Shown here: positions 24,001-32,660 of the stretch, in pieces | How positions within the stretch are numbered: the first letter of the stretch is position 1 | Layout: the number at the start of each line of letters is the position of its first letter | Assembly (NCBI GenBank): GCA_964016885.1 | Contig: OZ024741.1 | Location: 183,520,001 to 183,584,000, forward strand | Length of the DNA stretch: 64,000 bases | Source: Eledone cirrhosa | Taxonomy: Eukaryota | Reading direction: 5' to 3' | The notes under the pieces: model-generated | Told to the model about the DNA's origin: nothing | The model's input: the letters and a program-made list of their open reading frames with translations, nothing else | Database searches by the model: none | Program-made: the position numbers and the translations under genes

Positions 24001-27000
24001 GGTGTTGTTGGTGTTGATGGTGGCGTTGTTGGTGTTGATGGTGGTGTTGTTGGTGTTGATGTTGGTGTTGTTGGTGTTGATGGTGGTGTTGTTGGTGTTG
24101 ATGGTGGCGTTATTGGTGTTGATGGTGGCGTTGTTGGTGTTGATGGTGGTGTTGTTGGTGTTGATGGTGGTGTTGTTGGTGTTGATGGTGCTGTTGTTGG
24201 TGTTGATGGTGGTGTTGTTGGTGTTGATGGTGGCGTTGTTGGTGTTGATGGTGTTGATGGTGGCGTTGTTGGTGTTGATGGAGGTGTTGTTGGTGTTGAT
24301 GGTGGTGTTGTCGGTGTTGATGGTGGCGTTGTCGGTGTTGATGGTGGTGTTGTTGGTGTTGATGGTGGTGTTGTTGGTGTTGATGGTGGCGTTATTGGTG
24401 TTGATGGTGGCGTTGTTGGTGTTGATGGTGGTGTTGTTGGTGTTGATGGTGCTGTTGTTGGTGTTGATGGTGGTGTTGTTGGTGTTGATGGTGGCGTTGT
24501 TGGTGTTGATGGTGGTGTTGTTGGTGTTGATGGTGGTGTTGTTGGTGTTGATGGTGGTGTTGTTGGTGTCGATGGTGGTGTTGTTGGTGTTGATGGTGGT
24601 GTTGTTGGTGTTGATGGTGGTGTTGTTGGTGTTGATGGTGGTGTTGTTGGTGTTGATGAAGGTGTTGTTGGTGTTGATGTTGGTGTTGTTGGTGTTGAAG
24701 GTGGTGTTGTTGGTGTTGATGGTGGCGTTGTTGGTGTTGATGGTGGCGTTGTTGGTGTTGATGGTGGTGTTGTTGGTGTTGATGGTGGCGTTGTTGGTGT
24801 TGATGGTGGTGTTGTTGGTGTTGATGGTGGTGTTGTTGGTGTTGATGGTGGCGTTGTTGGTGTTGATGGTGGTGTTGTTGGTGTTGATGGTGGCGTTGTT
24901 GGTGTTGATGATGGCTCTGGTGTTGATGCTGGTGTTGTTGGTGTTGATGGTGGCGTTGTTTGTGTTGATGGTGGTGTTGTTGGTGTTGATGGTGGTGTTG
25001 TTGGTATTGATGGTGGCGTTGTTGGTGTTGTTGGTGGTGTTGTTGGTGTTGATGGTGGTGTTGTTGGTGTTGATGGTGGTGTTGTTGGTGTTGATGGTGG
25101 CGTTGTTTGTGTTGTTGGTGGTGTTGTTGGTGTTGATGGTGGTGTTGCTGGTGTTGATGGTGGTGTTGTTTGTGTTGATGGTGGTGTTGTTGGTGTTGAT
25201 GGTGGCGTTGTTGGTGTTGATGGTGGTGTTGTTGGTGTTGATGGTGGTGTTGTTGGTGTTGATGGTGGTGTTGTTGGTGTTGATGGTCGCGTTGTTGGTG
25301 TTGAAGGTGGTGTTGTTGGTGTTGATGGTGGTGTCGTTGTTGTTGATGGTGGTGTTGTTGGTGTTAATGGTGGTGTTGTTGGTGTTGATGGTGGTGTTGT
25401 TGGTGTTGATGGTGGTGTTGTTGATGTTAATGGTGGTGTTGTTGGTGTTGATGGTGGTGTTGTTGGTGTTGATGGTGGTGTTGTTGATGTTGATGGTGGT
25501 GTTGTTGGTGTTGATGGTGGTGTTGTTGGTGTTGATGGTGGTGTTGTTCGTGTTGATGGTGGTGTTATTAGTGTTGATGGTGGTGATGTTGGTGTTGATG
25601 GTGGCGTTGTTGGTGTTGATGGAGTTGTTATTGGTGTTGATGGTGGTGTTGTTGGTGTTGATGGTGGCGTTATTGGTGTTGATGGTGGTGTTGTTGGTGT
25701 TGATGGTGGCGTTGTTGGTGTTGATGGTGGTGTTGTTGGTGTTGATGGTGGTGTTGTTGGTGTTGATGGTGGCGTTGTTGGTGTTGATGGTGGTGTTGTT
25801 GGTGTTGATGAAGGTGTTGTTGGTGTTGATGGTGGTATTGTCGGTGTTGATGGTGGCGTTGTCGGTGTTGATGGTGGTGTTGTTGGTGTTGATGGTGGTG
25901 TTGTTGGTGTTGATGGTGGCGTTGTTGGTGTTGATGGTGGCGTTATTGGTGTTGATGGTGGCGTTGTTGGTGTTGATGGTGGTGTTGTTGGTGTTGATGG
26001 TGGCGTTGTTGGTGTTGATGGTGGTGTTGTTGGTGTTGATGAAGGTGTTGTTGGTGTTGATGGTGGTATTGTCGGTGTTGATGGTGGCGTTGTCGGTGTT
26101 GATGGTGGTGTTGTTGGTGTTGATGGTGGTGTTGTTGGTGTTGATGGTGGCGTTATTGGTGTTGATGGTGGCGTTGTTGGTGTTGATGGTCGTGTTGTTG
26201 GTGTTGATGGTGCTGTTGTTGGTGTTGATGGTGGTGTTGTTTGTGTTGATGGTGGTGTTGTTTGTGTTGATGGTGGCGTTGTTGCTGTTGATGGTGGTGT
26301 TGTCGGTGTTGATGGTGGTGTTGTTGGTGTTGATGGTGGTGTTGTTGGTGTCGATGGTGGTGTTGTTGGTGTTGATGGTGGTGTTGTTGGTGTTGATGGT
26401 GGTGTTGTTGGTGTTGATGGTGGTGTTGCTGGTGTTGATGAAGGTGTTGTTGGTGTTGATGTTGGTGTTGTTGGTGTTGATGGTGGTGTTGTTGGTGTTG
26501 ATGGTGGCGTTGTTGGTGTTGATGGTGGTGTTGTTGGTGTTGATGGTGGTGTTGTTGGTGTTGATGGTGGCGTTGTTGGTGTTGATGGTGGTGTTGTTAG
26601 TGTTGATGGTGGCGTTGTTGGTGTTGATGGTGGTGTTGTTGGTGTTGATGGTGGCGTTGTTGGTGTTGATGGTGGCGTTGTTGGTGTTGATGGTGGTGTT
26701 GTTGATGCTGGTGTTGTTGGTGTTGATGGTGCCGTTGTTGGTGTTGATGGTGGTGTTGTTGGTGTTGATGGTGGTGTTGATGGTATTGATGGTGGCTCTG
26801 GTGTTGATGGTGGCGTTGTTGGTGTTGATGGTGGTGTTGTTTGTGTTGATGGTGGTGTTGTTGGTGTTGATGGTGGTGTTGTTGGTATTGATGGTGGCGT
26901 TGTTGGTGTTGTTGGTGGTGTTGTTGGTGTTGATGGTGGTGTTGTTGGTGTTGATGGTGGTGTTGTTGGTGTTGATGGTGGTGTTGTTGGTGTTGATGGT

Positions 27001-30000
27001 GGTGTTGTTGGTATTGATGGTGGCTCTGGTGTTGATGGTGGCGTTGTTGGTGTTGATGGTGGTATTGTTGGTGTTGATGGTGGTGTTGTTGGTGTTGATG
27101 GTCGCGTTGTTGGTGTTGAAGGTGGTGTTGTTGGTGTTGATGGTGGTGTTGTTGGTGTTGATGGTGGTGTTGTTGGTGTTGATGGTGGTGTTGTTGATGT
27201 TGATGGTGGTGTTGTTGGTGTTGATGGTGGTGTTGTTGGTGTTGATGGTGGTGTTGTTGGTGTTGATGGTGGCGTTGTTGGTGTTGATGGTGGTGTTGTT
27301 AGTGTTGATGGTGGCGTTGTTGGTGTTGATGGTGGTGTTGTTGGTGTTGATGGTGGCGTTGTTGGTGTTGATGGTGGCGTTGTTGGTGTTGATGGTGGTG
27401 TTGTTGATGCTGGTGTTGTTGGTGTTGATGGTGCCGTTGTTGGTGTTGATGGTGGTGTTGTTGGTGTTGATGGTGGTGTTGTTGGTATTGATGGTGGCTC
27501 TGGTGTTGATGGTGGCGTTGTTGGTGTTGATGGTGGTGTTGTTTGTGTTGATGGTGGTGTTGTTGGTGTTGATGGTGGTGTTATTAGTGTTGATGGTGGT
27601 GTTGTTGGTGTTGATGGTGGCGTTGTTGGTGTTGATGGTGGTGTTGTTGGTGTTGATGCTGGCGTTGTTGGTGTTGATGGTGGTGTTGTTGGTGTTGATG
27701 GTGGTGTTATTAGTGTTGATGGTGGTGTTGTTGGTGTTGATGGTGGCGTTGTTGGTGTTGATGGTGGTGTTGTTGGTGTTGATGTTGGTGTTGTTGGTGT
27801 TGATGGTGGTGTTGTTGGTGTTGATGGTGGCGTTGTTGGTGTTGATGGTGGCGTTGTTGGTGTTGATGCTGGTGTTGTTGGTGTTGATGCTGGTGTTGTT
27901 GGTGTTGATGGTGGTGTTGTTGGTGTTGATGGTGGTGTTGTTGGTGTTGATGGTGGTGTCGTTGTTGTTGATGGTGGTGTTGTTGGTGTTGATGGTGGTG
28001 TTGTTGGTGTTGATGGTGGTGTTGTTGGTGTTGATGGTGGCGTTGTTGGTGTTGATGGTGGTGTTGTTGGTGTTGATGGTGGTGTTGTTGGTGTTGATGG
28101 TGGTGTTGTTGGTGTTGATGGTGGTGTTGTTGGTGTTGATGGTGGTGTTATTAGTGTTGATGGTGGTGTTGTTGGTGTTGATGGTGGCGTTGTTGGTGTT
28201 GATGGTGGTGTTGTTGATGCTGGTGTTGTTGGTGTTGATGGTGCCGTTGTTGGTGTTGATGGTGGTGTTGTTGGTGTTGATGGTGGTGTTGTTGGTATTG
28301 ATGGTGGCTCTGGTGTTGATGGTGGTGTTGTTCGTGTTGATGGTGGCGTTGTTTGTGTTGATGGTGGTGTTGTTGGTGTTGATGGTGGTGTTGTTGGTAT
28401 TGATGGTGGCGTTGTTGGTGTTGTTGGTGGTGTTGTTGGTGTTGATGGTGGTGTTGTTGGTGTTGATGGTGGCGTTGTTGGTATTGATGGTGGCGTTGTT
28501 GGTGTTGATGGTGGCGTTGTTTGTGTTGTTGGTGGTGTTATTGGTGTTGATGGTGGTGTTGTTGGTGTTGATGGTGGTGTTGTTGGTGTTGATGTTGGTG
28601 TTGTTGGTATTGATGGTGGCTGTGGTGTTGATGGTGGCGTTGTTGGTGTTGATGGTGGTGTTTTTGGTGTTGATGGTGGTGTTGTTGGTGTTGATGGTCG
28701 CGTTGTTGGTGTTGAAGGTGGTGTTGTTGGTGTTGATGGTGGTGTCGTTGTTGTTGATGGTGGTGTTGTTGGTGTTGATGGTGGTGTTGTTGGTGTTGAT
28801 GGTGGTGTTGTTGATGTTGATGGTGGTGTTGTTGGTGTTGATGGTGGTGTTGTTGGTGTTGATGGTGGTGTTGTTGGTGTTGATGGTGGTGTTATTAGTG
28901 TTGATGGTGGTGTTGTTGGTGTTGATGGTGGCGTTGTTGGTGTTGATGGTGGTGTTGTTGGTGTTGATGCTGGCGTTGTTGGTGTTGATGGTGGTGTTGT
29001 TGGTGTTGATGGTGGTGTTATTAGTGTTGATGGTGGTGTTGTTGGTGTTGATGGTGGCGTTGTTGGTGTTGATGGTGGTGTTGTTGGTGTTGATGTTGGT
29101 GTTGTTGGTGTTGATGGTGGTGTTGTTGGTGTTGATGGTGGCGTTATTGGTGTTGATGGTGGCGTTGTTGGTCTTGATGGTGGTGTTGTTGGTGTTGATG
29201 GTGGCGTTGTTGGTGTTGATGGTGGCGTTGTTGGTGTTGATGGTGTTGATGGTGGCGTTGTTGGTGTTGATGGAGGTGTTGTTGGTGTTGATGGTGGTGT
29301 TGTCGGTGTTGATGGTGGCGTTGTCGGTGTTGATGGTGGTGTTGTTGGTGTTGATGGTGGTGTTGTTGGTGTTGATGGTGGCGTTATTGGTGTTGATGGT
29401 GGCGTTGTTGGTGTTGATGGTGGTGTTGTTGGTGTTGATGGTGCTGTTGTTGGTGTTGATGGTGGTGTTGTTGGTGTTGATGGTGGCGTTGTTGGTGTTG
29501 ATGGTGGTGTTGTTGGTGTTGATGGTGGTGTTGTTGGTGTTGATGGTGGTGTTGTTGGTGTCGATGGTGGTGTTGTTGGTGTTGATGGTGGTGTTGTTGG
29601 TGTTGATGGTGGTGTTGTTGGTGTTGATGGTGGTGTTGTTGGTGTTGATGAAGGTGTTGTTGGTGTTGATGTTGGTGTTGTTGGTGTTGAAGGTGGTGTT
29701 GTTGGTGTTGATGGTGGCGTTGTTGGTGTTGATGGTGGCGTTGTTGGTGTTGATGGTGGTGTTGTTGGTGTTGATGGTGGCGTTGTTGGTGTTGATGGTG
29801 GTGTTGTTGGTGTTGATGGTGGTGTTGTTGGTGTTGATGGTGGCGTTGTTGGTGTTGATGGTGGTGTTGTTGGTGTTGATGGTGGCGTTGTTGGTGTTGA
29901 TGGTGGCTCTGGTGTTGATGCTGGTGTTGTTGGTGTTGATGGTGGCGTTGTTTGTGTTGATGGTGGTGTTGTTGGTGTTGATGGTGGTGTTGTTGGTATT

Positions 30001-32660
30001 GATGGTGGCGTTGTTGGTGTTGTTGGTGGTGTTGTTGGTGTTGATGGTGGTGTTGTTGGTGTTGATGGTGGTGTTGTTGGTGTTGATGGTGGCGTTGTTT
30101 GTGTTGTTGGTGGTGTTGTTGGTGTTGATGGTGGTGTTGCTGGTGTTGATGGTGGTGTTGTTTGTGTTGATGGTGGTGTTGTTGGTGTTGATGGTGGCGT
30201 TGTTGGTGTTGATGGTGGTGTTGTTGGTGTTGATGGTGGTGTTGTTGGTGTTGATGGTGGTGTTGTTGGTGTTGATGGTCGCGTTGTTGGTGTTGAAGGT
30301 GGTGTTGTTGGTGTTGATGGTGGTGTCGTTGTTGTTGATGGTGGTGTTGTTGGTGTTAATGGTGGTGTTGTTGGTGTTGATGGTGGTGTTGTTGGTGTTG
30401 ATGGTGGTGTTGTTGATGTTAATGGTGGTGTTGTTGGTGTTGATGGTGGTGTTGTTGGTGTTGATGGTGGTGTTGTTGATGTTGATGGTGGTGTTGTTGG
30501 TGTTGATGGTGGTGTTGTTGGTGTTGATGGTGGTGTTGTTCGTGTTGATGGTGGTGTTATTAGTGTTGATGGTGGTGATGTTGGTGTTGATGGTGGCGTT
30601 GTTGGTGTTGATGGAGTTGTTATTGGTGTTGATGGTGGTGTTGTTGGTGTTGATGGTGGCGTTATTGGTGTTGATGGTGGTGTTGTTGGTGTTGATGGTG
30701 GCGTTGTTGGTGTTGATGGTGGTGTTGTTGGTGTTGATGGTGGTGTTGTTGGTGTTGATGGTGGCGTTGTTGGTGTTGATGGTGGTGTTGTTGGTGTTGA
30801 TGAAGGTGTTGTTGGTGTTGATGGTGGTATTGTCGGTGTTGATGGTGGCGTTGTCGGTGTTGATGGTGGTGTTGTTGGTGTTGATGGTGGTGTTGTTGGT
30901 GTTGATGGTGGCGTTGTTGGTGTTGATGGTGGCGTTATTGGTGTTGATGGTGGCGTTGTTGGTGTTGATGGTGGTGTTGTTGGTGTTGATGGTGGCGTTG
31001 TTGGTGTTGATGGTGGTGTTGTTGGTGTTGATGAAGGTGTTGTTGGTGTTGATGGTGGTATTGTCGGTGTTGATGGTGGCGTTGTTGCTGTTGATGGTGG
31101 TGTTGTCGGTGTTGATGGTGGTGTTGTTGGTGTTGATGGTGGTGTTGTTGGTGTCGATGGTGGTGTTGTTGGTGTTGATGGTGGTGTTGTTGGTGTTGAT
31201 GGTGGTGTTGTTGGTGTTGATGGTGGTGTTGTTGGTGTTGATGAAGGTGTTGTTGGTGTTGATGTTGGTGTTGTTGGTGTTGATGGTGGCGTTGTTGGTG
31301 TTGATGGTGGTGTTGTTAGTGTTGATGGTGGCGTTGTTGGTGTTGATGGTGGTGTTGTTGGTGTTGATGGTGGCGTTGTTGGTGTTGATGGTGGCGTTGT
31401 TGGTGTTGATGGTGGTGTTGTTGATGCTGGTGTTGTTGGTGTTGATGGTGCCGTTGTTGGTGTTGATGGTGGTGTTGTTGGTGTTGATGGTGGTGTTGTT
31501 GGTATTGATGGTGGCTCTGGTGTTGATGGTGGTGTTGTTCGTGTTGATGGTGGCGTTGTTTGTGTTGATGGTGGTGTTGTTGGTGTTGATGGTGGTGTTG
31601 TTGGTATTGATGGTGGCGTTGTTGGTGTTGTTGGTGGTGTTGTTGGTGTTGATGGTGGTGTTGTTGGTGTTGATGGTGGTGTTGTTGGTGTTGATGGTGG
31701 TGTTGTTGGTATTGGTGGTGGCTCTGGTGTTGATGGTGGCGTTGTTGGTGTTGATGGTGGTGTTGTTGGTGTTGATGGTGGTGTTGTTGGTGTTGATGGT
31801 CGCGTTGTTGGTGTTGAAGGTGGTGTTGTTGGTGTTGATGGTGGTGTCGTTGTTGTTGATGGTGGTGTTGTTGGTGTTGATGGTGGTGTTGTTGGTGTTG
31901 ATGGTGGTGTTGTTGATGTTGATGGTGGTGTTGTTGGTGTTGATGGTGGTGTTGTTGGTGTTGATGGTGGTGTTGTTGGTGTTGATGGTGGTGTTATTAG
32001 TGTTGATGGTGGTGTTGTTGGTGTTGATGGTGGCGTTGTTGGTGTTGATGGTGGTGTTGTTGGTGTTGATGCTGGCGTTGTTGGTGTTGATGGTGGTGTT
32101 GTTGGTGTTGATGGTGGTGTTATTAGTGTTGATGGTGGTGTTGTTGGTGTTGATGGTGGCGTTGTTGGTGTTGATGGTGGTGTTGTTGGTGTTGATGTTG
32201 GTGTTGTTGGTGTTGATGGTGGTGTTGTTGGTGTTGATGGTGGCGTTGTTGGTGTTGATGGTGGCGTTGTTGGTGTTGATGCTGGTGTTGTTGGTGTTGA
32301 TGCTGGTGTTGTTGGTGTTGATGGTGGTGTTGTTGGTGTTGATGGTGGTGTTGTTGGTGTTGATGGTGGTGTCGTTGTTGTTGATGGTGGTGTTGTTGGT
32401 GTTGATGGTGGTGTTGTTGGTGTTGATGGTGGTGTTGTTGGTGTTGATGGTGGCGTTGTTGGTGTTGATGGTGGTGTTGTTGGTGTTGATGGTGGTGTTG
32501 TTGGTGTTGATGGTGGTGTTGTTGGTGTTGATGGTGGTGTTGTTGGTGTTGATGGTGGTGTTGTTGGTGTTGATGCTGGCGTTGTTGGTGTTGATGCTGG
32601 CGTTGTTGGTGTTGATAGTGGCTGTGGTGTCGGTCTTGATGGTGGCTGTGGTGTTGCTGG
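1..32660. repeat. Giant 21-bp tandem array (GGTGTTGATGGTGGTGTTGTT)n, about 1,550 units in the window, open at the left edge
   Basis: Directly visible. Recurrent variant units (ggc, gaa, att, agt, cgc, tct); degenerates into unique sequence at about 32610-32720. Confidence 0.99.
1800..29600. repeat. Near-identical large duplication within the array, offset 16054 bp (about 1800-13550 matches about 17850-29600)
   Basis: Rare markers recur at exactly +16054: 1-bp insertion ggcctttg (2579/18633), gtttaag (2696/18750), ctctgg (5435/21489 and 7241/23295), gatggagtt (4572/20626 and 9564/25618). Confidence 0.95.

Noticed and set aside
18635-32660. Third minus-strand frame (HQQHHHQ)n
   Set aside because: Closed repeatedly by TAA at the attagt, gttatt and gttaat variants.
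1-32660. CRISPR array or telomeric repeat
   Set aside because: No unique spacers or cas genes; the unit is not TTAGGG-like.
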